64,000 nt of DNA from Candidatus Methanomethylicia archaeon (GTDB lineage: Archaea; Thermoproteota; Methanomethylicia; Nezhaarchaeales; B40-G2): contig JAPDJI010000014.1 of the NCBI GenBank assembly GCA_029259155.1, positions 1 through 64,000 on the forward strand, in the 5' to 3' direction. Made by a program: the position numbers and the translations under genes. Of the stretch, positions 27,353 to 36,635 are shown piece by piece. Under the pieces are notes generated by a model, which saw nothing but the letters and a program-made list of their open reading frames with translations, had not been told where the DNA came from and ran no database searches. The first letter of the stretch is position 1. The number at the start of each line of letters is the position of its first letter.

Positions 27353-29895
27353 CCCGCTAATGAACTAGCCAACCTCCAAGCCCAGTTGAATAAGGGGTCA
27401 GGAATCATGCCCAAAACCACGCAGAGAGCAACTAAGACCAGGGCTATAGCGGCCAGACCTGTGGCTTCACGTATCTTCTCGGCTTCAGGTATGGGCTCAC
27501 CCAAGAATGCTCCGCTGAATCCCTTGACCATAGCGGCCAGCAAGGTTACCGTGGAGAAAGCTACGATCAAGACTAAGTCCCACCTACCTGCCTCTGCTAA
27601 GGCTACGTAAAGCTGGTATTCGCTCCACCAAGTGTTGAAGGGAGGTATGCAGGCGAGGGCTAGGCTGCTAGCTATGAAGGCTAACGCGATCATGGGCATA
27701 CGTCCAGCTAGCCCTTTGAAGCTATCCAGCCTTGTGGTTCCAGCTTTACTGGCCACCGCGGCTATGCAGTGCAGCATAGCTCATGAAGCTGGGATGATGT
27801 TAACCAAGTGGATCAACCCGCCAGCTAGGCAGTGTACATAGCCTTCTACTCCTTTAGCTAGGTCGGCTGCACCTAGCTCCATGACCACGTCGCCGAGCTG
27901 AACCACGACCGCGGCTACGAAGAGTCTCTTTAGATCTCGGTGGTGAGCTGCCACCAGCGCACCGATGAGCATCATAGCTGTGCCCACGTAGAGGATAGGG
28001 GTTAGGAGACCCGTGGCTAAGGCTCCAGTTAAGGAGAGGAAGGCTATGCCTGCTAGGACGATTGCCCTAGTCTCTATGAACCTAGCTAACCCGAAGTAAG
28101 CTAGGTCAAATCCACCACGCTTCATAAAGTTGTGGAGAGGTGCTATGAGTGAGGCAAAGTTAAGGTAGAAGGGGCCAGGCCCTACCTTGGCTTTCTCTAA
28201 GCTTAGGTAGGGCTCCTCGACCTCGCCCCCTGTGAAGGGCATGGCGGCGTAGGTGGTGACTACCATGGGTTTAAGGGAGGCATGGTATATAGCGTAGCCT
28301 ACGAGCATAGAGATTAAGATGATGAGGGTGAGGCCCAGGGCTTCATAGAACCCTATCGGGGTAGCGAAGCCTAAGAGGAAGTAGCTGGGGACCCCAGCTC
28401 CCACTATTAAGGCCACAGCCGGGTTGATTAGGGTATCGAGCAACAATCTTGGCGCCACGCCGAGGACCACGCAGAGAGCAGCTAGGATGACGATGGGTAT
28501 CTGCATGGTGAGAGGTACTTCTTTAATCCCCTCCAACCTACTAGGCCTAACCCCGAAGAAGGCTGAGTGAAGCATCTTTAGCACGGAAGCGAGGGTTATT
28601 GCGCTGCCGAGGAGGGCTATTGCACAGTATAGCGCATACATTGCGCCTACAAGGCCCCCTTCAGCTAAGGCCCTCTGGATAGCGCCCTCATAGATGAGTA
28701 GCTTGCTAGCAAAGCCGTTAAGCGGCGGGATTCCTGCCAAGGCTAGGCCGCCGATGATCATGCAGGCAGCGGTCACAGGCATGTTACGTGCTAAGCCACC
28801 CATCTCGCTCAGCTTCTTGGTGCCAGTTACGTAGATTAGGCAGCCAGCACCGAGGAAGAGGAGGCCTTTGAAGATGGCGTGGTTAAAGAAGTGGAAGAGG
28901 CCTCCAGCTATGCCCACTGCGGTACCTATTCCTAAGCCGAGGAACATGTAGCCTATCTGAGCGGCGGTGTGGTAGGCTAGGAGCCTTTTGACGTCGTCTT
29001 GTAGCCAAGCCCCTGCAGAACATATGATTAAGGTGAAGGCCCCCACCGTGGCCATGGCAATATCCATGGGAGTCTTAAGCGGTGTTAAAGCAGCTAGCTG
29101 AGCAGATCTAGCCATTAAGTAAACCCCGGCCTTAACCATGGCTGCTGCGTGGAGGAAGGCGGTCACGGCAGAGGGAGCTACCGTAGCGTCTGGGAGCCAG
29201 TTATGGACAGGGAATTGCACCGACTTAGCCATGGAGGCGACGAGGAAGAGAGGCATCGCTGCGGCTAAAGCCAGTAGGGGGGCAGCTCCGTTTAAGCTGG
29301 GTAGGTCTAGGCTAGTCTTCCCCTGCGCCAGTAGGACTAAGATGCCCAAGATGATGCCTGCGCCGCAAGCATGCGTCATTATCAAGGCCTTCATGGAAGC
29401 CCTGGAGCTCTCAACCTTACGTATGTAGAACCCTATGAGGCCATAGGAACATAGCCCCACAAGCTCCCAGAATACGAAGAGTAATAACAGGTTCCCCGCT
29501 GAGAAGAGACCTATCATGGATCCTTGAAAGAGCAGCATCAGTGCAAAGTACCTGGTGTGCCCCTCAGCTTCATGAGCCATGTCGGCTACCGAGTATAGGA
29601 TCGCCATGAAGCCGAAGAAGCCGGACATCACTACAAACAACATCGATAAGGCGTCGCCGTAGAGCAGAAGGCCTATGTTTATTCCCTGAGCTCTAAGAAA
29701 ACCAGCTTCTATGGCTATTGGTCCTAGCTGTAAGACTGAGGCTGTGGCCCATAGCGAGGCTAGGAAGGTTAGAAGCGTGAAGAGGGTTGCAAGGTAGGCC
29801 TTAACTTTATAGGAAGCTTTATGGAGTATCGCAACTAAGAAGCTTCCCGCTAAAGGTAGGGTGACCGAGAGTATGAATGCCAGCTGAGCATTCAT
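27349..29895 (-). CDS. Antiporter-like (NuoL/MrpA/HyfB) membrane subunit interrupted by one in-frame TGA at 27781-27783
   Basis: FWELVG, KSVQFPVHNWLPDA, HAAAMVKAG, DVKRLLAYHT, NHAIFKG, GIPPLNGFASK; ORFs 27781..29895 and 27349..27777 share a frame (IIPAS*AMLHC). Confidence 0.8.
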
Positions 29896-30356
29896 GGTCT
29901 TACCCCACTAATCTTAGATCTTAACTCTAAGGCTATCTCTCTTGGGTAAGCCCTTAAGGCTCCCGAGGAGCAGACCTTTACGCATTCAGGGTCGCCATCA
30001 CATAGATCACACTTAACCGACACTCTAAGCTCTTCATTGAAAGCGGGGACTGATAGTGGGCATGCATAGTTGCAGGTTTTACACCCTATACATTTCACTT
30101 GATTTATCCTAACTATGCCTGCCTCATCCTTCCAAATAGCTTCACTTAGACAGGCAGCCATGCAGAGAGGTTCTTCGCAGTGTAGGCAGTAAATAGCTTG
30201 GAACGTGCCTGTAGCTGGGTCGAAGACGTGTTTTATGTATGACTTAGCATACCCTGCTTCCCCATAGTGCTTATAGCTACAGGCAACCTCGCAAGCCCTA
30301 CATCCAGTGCATTTGGATGGGTCAAACACCAGCTTGAGCTCCACCACCTTCCTCAT
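29892..30356 (-). CDS. 4x[4Fe-4S] electron-transfer subunit (HycB/CooF-like)
   Basis: CTGCRACEVAC, CLHCEEPLCMAAC, CIGCKTCNYACP, KCDLCDGDPECVKVC. Confidence 0.9.
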   Translation of the reverse strand: MRKVVELKLVFDPSKCTGCRACEVACSYKHYGEAGYAKSYIKHVFDPATGTFQAIYCLHCEEPLCMAACLSEAIWKDEAGIVRINQVKCIGCKTCNYACPLSVPAFNEELRVSVKCDLCDGDPECVKVCSSGALRAYPREIALELRSKISGVRP

Positions 30357-30506
30357 CCTCCCCGGGAGCTGCCTTATCGTTCGAAATTCGCTTTAAAGCA
30401 GTTTCGCTCCTGTCCACATCGATTTTATCTAGAGCAATAGCTCTCAGGGTTACAGTTCTCATTAAACTTGAGAATAAAAAACGGTGGAGCAAAAAAGCGG
30501 AGTGGC

Positions 30507-31847
30507 TTAAGCTTTCTTTAAGGCAGCCTCCGCTGCTAGCGTTATGGCGCTCCAAGTATCGGCTAAAGGAGGCGTATAGCAGGTATCAGCTTTAGCTAGC
30601 TCATAAGCAGTCATACCCTTCTGGATAGCTAACGACAGTGCGTCTACGCGAGGCGCTACACCTTCACCGCCTAGGATTTGAGCGCCGATGAGCTTCATGG
30701 AAGCCTTCTCGAAGATCAGCTTCACCCTTATGTCCTTAGCTCCAGGATAGTACTCCGCCCTTGTCTTCCAAGGTATAGAGCCGACAACAACCTCCATGCC
30801 TGCTTGCCTGGCTTGCCACTCAGTCAGGCCTGTGAAGCCCACTTCAACGTCGAATAGCTTTGAAACCGCTGAACCTAATACCCCTGGGAAGGTAGCATAG
30901 CCGCCTGCAGCGTTTATGCCTGCCACCTTACCCTGCTTCACTGCCGTGGTTCCTAGCTGACAAAGTACGGGCTGCATGGTGACTAAGTGTACGCTCTCCA
31001 CGCAGTCACCTGCTGCATAGATGTCTTCTACCGTAGTCTTCATCCTGGCGTCTACCTTAATCCCTCCAGTTACACCTAGCTTACATCCAGCCTTGACCGC
31101 TAGGTCGGTGTTGGCTCTGACGCCTATCGCCATGACTACAAGGTCTGCGTCAACCTGTTCGCCTCCAGCAGCTACTGCCTTAACGTGGTCATCGCCGAGT
31201 ATCTCATCTGCCTTCGTGTTTAACATCAACTTGACGCCGTGAGCAGATATCTTGGTTTGAAGCAGCTTAGCCATGTCCTCATCTAGGATAGGTCTAAGAA
31301 CTTGGTGTAGAGCTTCAATGACAGTTACCTTTACTCCTCTCTTCACCAACCCTTCAGCGGCTTCCAGCCCTACTAAGCCGGCGCCTATGACCACGGCGCT
31401 TTTAGCCTTCAAGGCTTCTTCAAGAATAGCTGAGGCATCAGGTATTGTTCTAAGCGGGTACACACCTTTCTTATCGTAGCCCTTAATACGGGGGACCACT
31501 GCTCTGGCTCCTGTGGTTAAGATTAAGGAGTCGTACTCGAAGGTTTCCTCCTTTCCATCAGGCCCTACTGCTTTAACTACCTTAGCGCTATGGTCTATCT
31601 CTGTGACGGTGGTCTTGAGATGTAAGTCTATCTTCATCATTTTGTAGAACTCTGACTTATAGATGATGATATGGTCAAACCCTTCGATGTCGCCGCCTAT
31701 CACGAAAGGTAGGGCACAGCGTGAGTAGGCTGGTTTATCCTCAGCATCGATAACTTTTACCTCAACTTCTCTGCTGGTCCGTCTAGCATTGAGCGCAGCA
31801 TCTAATCCAGCAGCTCCACCTCCGATCACAACTACTCGTTTAGCCAT
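30507..31847 (-). CDS. FAD-dependent pyridine nucleotide-disulfide oxidoreductase (CoA-disulfide reductase/NADH oxidase family)
   Basis: GGGAAG, single redox Cys YSRCALP, GAGLVGLE, YAAGDC, DTCYTPP. Confidence 0.9.
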   Translation of the reverse strand: MAKRVVVIGGGAAGLDAALNARRTSREVEVKVIDAEDKPAYSRCALPFVIGGDIEGFDHIIIYKSEFYKMMKIDLHLKTTVTEIDHSAKVVKAVGPDGKEETFEYDSLILTTGARAVVPRIKGYDKKGVYPLRTIPDASAILEEALKAKSAVVIGAGLVGLEAAEGLVKRGVKVTVIEALHQVLRPILDEDMAKLLQTKISAHGVKLMLNTKADEILGDDHVKAVAAGGEQVDADLVVMAIGVRANTDLAVKAGCKLGVTGGIKVDARMKTTVEDIYAAGDCVESVHLVTMQPVLCQLGTTAVKQGKVAGINAAGGYATFPGVLGSAVSKLFDVEVGFTGLTEWQARQAGMEVVVGSIPWKTRAEYYPGAKDIRVKLIFEKASMKLIGAQILGGEGVAPRVDALSLAIQKGMTAYELAKADTCYTPPLADTWSAITLAAEAALKKA

Positions 31848-31871
31848 CTTCCTCAGCCTTTCTTAGAGAGA

Positions 31872-32279
31872 CTACATAATGGTCTTAAGCCACCCAGCCG
31901 CCTTATCGGCGGTCATTAAATTCTTTAGCTCTTCATCGAGGTTGCTAGCCTCTATTACCACCAGCCAGCCCTTACCGTAGGGGTCCTCGTTAAGTACTGA
32001 AGGGTTGCTTTGAACCTCAGCGTTAACCTCCTTAATGGTTCCGGATATCGGTGATATTAGGTCTACGGCTGCTTTTAACGACTCGGCGCTGCCGAAGGCG
32101 TCGCCAACGTTCACGGTAGAGCCGGGATCTAGCAGGCTTATGTTTATGACCTGTTTCAGGTTCTTCTGTGCATAGTCTGTTATGCCAACTCTAGCCTTGC
32201 CGTCCTCCACCTTAACCCACACGTGGTTCTCTGAGTAATACAGTCCTTCGGGAACCTCGTATTCTCCCACCGTAACCAA
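31872..32279 (-). CDS. gcvH: Lipoyl carrier protein (glycine cleavage H protein family)
   Basis: HVWV, VGITDYAQ, ESLKA lipoyl-Lys, PISG, NEDPYGKGW. Confidence 0.93.
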   Translation of the reverse strand: MVTVGEYEVPEGLYYSENHVWVKVEDGKARVGITDYAQKNLKQVINISLLDPGSTVNVGDAFGSAESLKAAVDLISPISGTIKEVNAEVQSNPSVLNEDPYGKGWLVVIEASNLDEELKNLMTADKAAGWLKTIM

Positions 32280-32539
32280 ACTTTACGCACCCCTTTGAGC
32301 TTCGGTTGTAAGGTGTATTTAGAGTTTCTGCGCTGATTCCATGAACTAATGTAAACGTGAAGTCTTTTCGGGAAGAACTGGTAGGGCTGAGGCCTTAATT
32401 CAGCTACGAGAAATGATGGATCGGGGATAAGGGTTAAGAGGGGGATCGCTAAATCACTTCAAGTGAGTTGCCTAAAAATACAAAGCCTGGGAGGATCTAA
32501 AGCTCTCAGGCTTCTGGATAGCTTTGCTATGAGGGGTCA

Positions 32540-33661
32540 TTGATGTCGGAGGAGCTAAGAAGAGAGCTATCCTCCTGTACAGATTGTAGGATGTGTGACA
32601 ATGTCTGTCCCTTCTACCTCGCTACGGGAGACGAGTCCATAGGTGCCTGGAACAAGGTTAAAGTTGCTCAAGCTGTGCTAGGGGGCGATAGGCAGGTCAG
32701 CGATGTATTGAGAGAACTGTACCTATGTACCTGCTGCGGAACCTGTGAGCTTGCCTGCCCCTTTAATATCCCGATATCTGAGGCAGTTAGAGCTTTAAGG
32801 AGCTTAGCTGTCAAGGAGCGTTGCGCTCCGGAACCTGTCGTTAAGCTGTGTGAAGGGATAATCAACCAGGGATCGATGACTGGTGAGGGGAAGGAGTTCT
32901 GGAGGAGCTGGATCCCCACTGAGGTGAATTTCCCTAGTGAAGCTGAGTACCTCTACCTTGTAGGTTGCATGATCCCCTTTAGGCTCCGTGATGTAGGCAG
33001 GGCTACGGTGGATATCTTGAAGGCAGCTGGCGTGGACTTCACAATTTTAGGTGAGGATGAGAGGTGTTGCGGCCTCCTCCTCGTGGATCACGGCTTCCTA
33101 GAAGAAGCTAAGACGGTCGCGGAGAGAAACCTATCGAGCGTAGAAGGGAGGAAGCCTAGCGTCGTTCTGATGGCGTGCGCCGCCTGCTACTATACGTACA
33201 AGCATGTTTACCAGAGGATCTATAGGAAACCTGAGTTTGAGGTGATACACGTAGCGGAGGCCTTAGCCGACCTCATCGATCATGGGAGGATAAGCTTCAA
33301 GAAGCGGATTGATGAGAAGGTGGCCTTCCTTGACCCCTGCCACTTCGTGAAGGTCTCTGGTAAATACGAGATTCCCAGGAAGGTGATCGAGAACATTCCC
33401 GGGCTGAAGTTAATTGAGTTCCCGAGAAGCAGGGCTGAAGCGCTTTGTTGCGGCGCACCCGGAGGTATTAGGCTGGTGTCTAGGGATGTAGCGTTCTCCG
33501 CGGCTGGAATGATAGTTAAGGAGGCCCTCAAGCTGGAGGTTTCAAGGATCGTAACCTCCTGTCCGCTCTGCATGTATCAGCTTTCATGGGCTGCTGAAAA
33601 GCTGGGGGCGGGGAGGTTAAAGGTAACTGACCTTCCCTTGTTAGTGAAGGAAGCTCTCTGA
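32540..33661 (+). CDS. HdrD-like Fe-S oxidoreductase (2x[4Fe-4S] plus two CCG domains)
   Basis: CTDCRMCDNVCP, CTCCGTCELACP, GC, ERCCG, CAAC, DPCH, CCGAPGG, SCPLC. Confidence 0.85.
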   Translation: MMSEELRRELSSCTDCRMCDNVCPFYLATGDESIGAWNKVKVAQAVLGGDRQVSDVLRELYLCTCCGTCELACPFNIPISEAVRALRSLAVKERCAPEPVVKLCEGIINQGSMTGEGKEFWRSWIPTEVNFPSEAEYLYLVGCMIPFRLRDVGRATVDILKAAGVDFTILGEDERCCGLLLVDHGFLEEAKTVAERNLSSVEGRKPSVVLMACAACYYTYKHVYQRIYRKPEFEVIHVAEALADLIDHGRISFKKRIDEKVAFLDPCHFVKVSGKYEIPRKVIENIPGLKLIEFPRSRAEALCCGAPGGIRLVSRDVAFSAAGMIVKEALKLEVSRIVTSCPLCMYQLSWAAEKLGAGRLKVTDLPLLVKEAL

Positions 33662-33730
33662 ACTTTGATCTCCACGCCCCGTTCTCATGGCTTATCACGC
33701 ATGTAAAGCTTTAATGAAGAATTAATTAGG

Positions 33731-34765
33731 ATGGTAGACGTGAGACTGGTCGACGAGATGAGGCACTTGAAGCCTAGGTTAGTCAGGGTTTCCTACGGCT
33801 CAGCGGTAGTCTTAGGCTTAGCTAGGGGATGGCTTAAGACTAAACCGACCACCAGCTATCTCTTAACTTACTTAGAAGAGCGCTGCCTAGCTAACTGCGG
33901 TTTCTGTCCTCAAGCTAAAGATAGTAATGCTAGCCTAGACCTCCTATCCAGGGTGGAGTGGCCTCCTTACCCTGCTCAAGAAGTAGTGGAGAGGGCCGTG
34001 AACGCTTTAAGGCGAGGCTTATTGAAGAGAGCCTGCGTCCAAGTTGTTAACAGGCCTGAGGGCTTAAATCAGGCTTTATGGCTCGTGGAACATGTAAGCC
34101 TAGGAGGAGAATTACCTGTATCAGTTTCTATACCTCCGTTAGGGCGTAGTGGGCTTGAAGCCTTTAAACGGACAGGGGCAGGCAGAGTCTCCATAGCGTT
34201 AGATGCTGCTAATCGCAGGGTCTTCGACGAGGTTAAAGGACTTAATGCTGGTGGGCCCTACACTTGGGATGGACACTGGAATGCGCTTAGAAAAGCCCTC
34301 GAGGTTTTTGGCCCTGGAAACGTGACGACCCACCTTATTGTGGGTCTTGGGGAAACTGAGAGAGACCTAGCACGCGTCATCGATAAGCTATTATCGATAA
34401 AGGTACTCCCAGCCCTCTTCGCCTTCACTCCTATACCTGGTACTAGGCTTGAAGCGTTACCTCAACCTGAAGTAGCAAGCTATCGCCGCATTCAGCTTGT
34501 GAGACACTTACTGGTAAAGGGTATAGTTTCTCTTAAGGACCTGGAGTTTAACCATGTAGGGAGGCTTGTTCGCATAAAAGCTTCCAGCGAGGAGGTAATG
34601 AGAGAGATCGAGAGCGGTGAACCTTTCGAGACTTCAGGGTGTCCTGGATGTAATAGACCTTTTTACAACGAGAAACCTGGAGGGCCTCTCTATAATTACC
34701 CAAGACCTTTAAGCAGAAAAGAGGTGGAGGAGGCCTTAAGCCTGCTGAGAGACGTGGTAGCCTGA
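33731..34765 (+). CDS. Radical SAM protein, archaeal-type lipoyl synthase subunit LipS2-like
   Basis: CLANCGFC radical SAM motif and C-terminal TSGCPGCNRP; lipoate ligase and gcvH neighbours. Confidence 0.75.
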   Translation: MVDVRLVDEMRHLKPRLVRVSYGSAVVLGLARGWLKTKPTTSYLLTYLEERCLANCGFCPQAKDSNASLDLLSRVEWPPYPAQEVVERAVNALRRGLLKRACVQVVNRPEGLNQALWLVEHVSLGGELPVSVSIPPLGRSGLEAFKRTGAGRVSIALDAANRRVFDEVKGLNAGGPYTWDGHWNALRKALEVFGPGNVTTHLIVGLGETERDLARVIDKLLSIKVLPALFAFTPIPGTRLEALPQPEVASYRRIQLVRHLLVKGIVSLKDLEFNHVGRLVRIKASSEEVMREIESGEPFETSGCPGCNRPFYNEKPGGPLYNYPRPLSRKEVEEALSLLRDVVA

Positions 34766-34874
34766 GAAGGAAATATTAAGGAAGTTGAAGGCTTATCAGC
34801 GACCTATATTGGGCGCTAAGGTCGTAGAGGAGTAAAAGATTATCTAATAGAGCTCTTTCTTTTGGGGGGCTGAA

Positions 34875-35324
34875 ATGAGGGTAGACAAGATGCAACCTGA
34901 ATTAACTTTCCATGTACAGGTAGAGTGGGATGGCTCTACTGGAGGTGAGGCTAAACTCTCAGTACAGCCTCCCTTAAGGTTTGATACCCCAAGGGACTTC
35001 GGAGGCTCTGAAGCTGGCTATTGCCCAGAAGAGCTTTTCTTAGCGTCGTTGGCTGCTTGCTTAACCACAACCTTTGCTTATCTAAGGCCTAAGCTAGGCT
35101 TAGAGGCTTCCTCGCTGAGGATAAATGCCACTGACCGCGTCGAGTTTAGAGACGGAGGCTACATGGTGACCGAGGCCTGGATGAAGGTGAAGCTGGAAGT
35201 TAGGAAAGGTCAGGCTGAGTTAGCGAGACAATGCGTGGAACTTGCTGCTGAGTACTGCCATGTAACTAGGTCAATAAGGAGATGTATACCTGTTCACTTA
35301 GAAGTAGAGGTGGTAGAGGTTTAA
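34875..35324 (+). CDS. OsmC/Ohr-family protein
   Basis: DTPRDFGG..PEELFLASLAAC..YCHV two-Cys pattern. Confidence 0.85.
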   Translation: MRVDKMQPELTFHVQVEWDGSTGGEAKLSVQPPLRFDTPRDFGGSEAGYCPEELFLASLAACLTTTFAYLRPKLGLEASSLRINATDRVEFRDGGYMVTEAWMKVKLEVRKGQAELARQCVELAAEYCHVTRSIRRCIPVHLEVEVVEV

Positions 35325-35448
35325 TGAATAGGTCCATCCCCAACATTTACGAATTTTCTTTCAAGTCCTCTGCGGCGCATTGATTAATCTAAAAGGCTTA
35401 ATTAGATCTATGAGAGGATGAAATAATCCACCTAAGAGGTGGTGAAGG

Positions 35449-36225
35449 CTGACTGAGGAGTGGAGGCTTCTGAAGACAGGTAGTGGTGATGCCTACTGGA
35501 ACATGGCTGTAGACGAAGCTATCTTAACAGCGAGAACTGAAGGCAAAGTGCCGAATACCTTGCGCCTATACACTTGGAAGCCCTCTGCAGTATCAATAGG
35601 CTTTTTCCAGAGCTTACACCACGAAGTGGACTTGGAGGAATGTCGTAATCTAGGAGTAGACGTAGTTAGACGCATAACTGGTGGAGGGGCAGTGTTTCAT
35701 GACAGTGACGGTGAAGTGACCTATAGCGTAGTGGTGGCGGAGGCTGACTTGAAACGTATAACTCCTCACTCCACTATACAGGAATCCTATGAAGCTCTAT
35801 GTAAAGGTTTGCTGGAAGGGTTGAAAGAGCTAGCTATAGCAGCTGAGTTTAAACCAATAAACGATATACTCGTTGCTGGACGTAAGATCTCAGGCAGTGC
35901 TCAGACTAGGCGTAGGGGCATTATTCTTCAGCATGGCACTTTACTGCTTAAAAGCGATATAAGAACCATGTTCAGGGTGTTGAAGGTCTCCAAGGAAAAA
36001 ATAAGCGACAAGCTGATCAAGGAGGTGGAGGAGAGAGTTACCAATATATATCGTGAAACTGGCCGTGAACTAGCTGTCGAGGAGGTTATAGGTGCTCTCG
36101 TCAAAGGTTTTCAACGCGCATTAGGGGTCAAATTAAAGGAGGGCGAGCTGTCCCCATATGAGCTTAGCTTAGCTGAAGAGTTTAAGCATAGATATGCCTC
36201 AAAGGAGTGGCTTGAGCTTAGGTGA
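35449..36225 (+). CDS. lplA: Lipoate-protein ligase catalytic subunit
   Basis: WRLL..NMAVDEAIL, RRITGGGAVFHD, RKISGSAQ, QHGTLL; homology extends upstream of ATG 35503 to a CTG at 35449. Confidence 0.9.
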   Translation: MTEEWRLLKTGSGDAYWNMAVDEAILTARTEGKVPNTLRLYTWKPSAVSIGFFQSLHHEVDLEECRNLGVDVVRRITGGGAVFHDSDGEVTYSVVVAEADLKRITPHSTIQESYEALCKGLLEGLKELAIAAEFKPINDILVAGRKISGSAQTRRRGIILQHGTLLLKSDIRTMFRVLKVSKEKISDKLIKEVEERVTNIYRETGRELAVEEVIGALVKGFQRALGVKLKEGELSPYELSLAEEFKHRYASKEWLELR

Positions 36226-36524
36226 ACGAGTTGAGGGTCGAGGCTGAACATAAGGTAGCTGGGGGTAAACTGGTTAGAGTAGAGCTTGAAGTAGAGGAAG
36301 GAGTGATTAAGAGGATCAAGATAACCGGTGACTTCTTTCTTTACCCAGAGGAAGCCGTTTTTAAGCTCGAGGAGGCTCTAAAAGGAGTTCGTGCTAGCAG
36401 TGAACTTGAAAAGCTCATAGAGCATGAACTATCTAAGCAGGGAGCTGAGCTCTTAGGGGCGTCTCCGGCAGACATAGCTACGGCTATTAATAAGGCTTTA
36501 ACCTCCATTAATCCTTGGCAATGA
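36222..36524 (+). CDS. Lipoate-protein ligase accessory (C-terminal domain) subunit, LplB-like
   Basis: KVAGGKLVRV..ITGDFFLYPEE; 4-nt overlap with lplA. Confidence 0.88.
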   Translation: MNELRVEAEHKVAGGKLVRVELEVEEGVIKRIKITGDFFLYPEEAVFKLEEALKGVRASSELEKLIEHELSKQGAELLGASPADIATAINKALTSINPWQ

Positions 36525-36635
36525 CAGGCCGTCTGCTAGTTGTAGAGAGCGAGGATGCAGTAGAAGGTCTTAAATAATTTTTTAAGCAAATCAGGATTAG
36601 TGGACTAAGCTTTATGATGCTTAAGGTGCTCTACA

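Noticed and set aside
27781-27783. Selenocysteine reading of the in-frame TGA
   Set aside because: Position is in a TM helix with no conserved Cys role, no SECIS was recognised, and TGA is an ordinary stop for many genes here
32280-32540. Possible sRNA in the gcvH/hdrD intergenic region (ATGATGG)
   Set aside because: No properly spaced D box or terminal stem; better explained as divergent promoters
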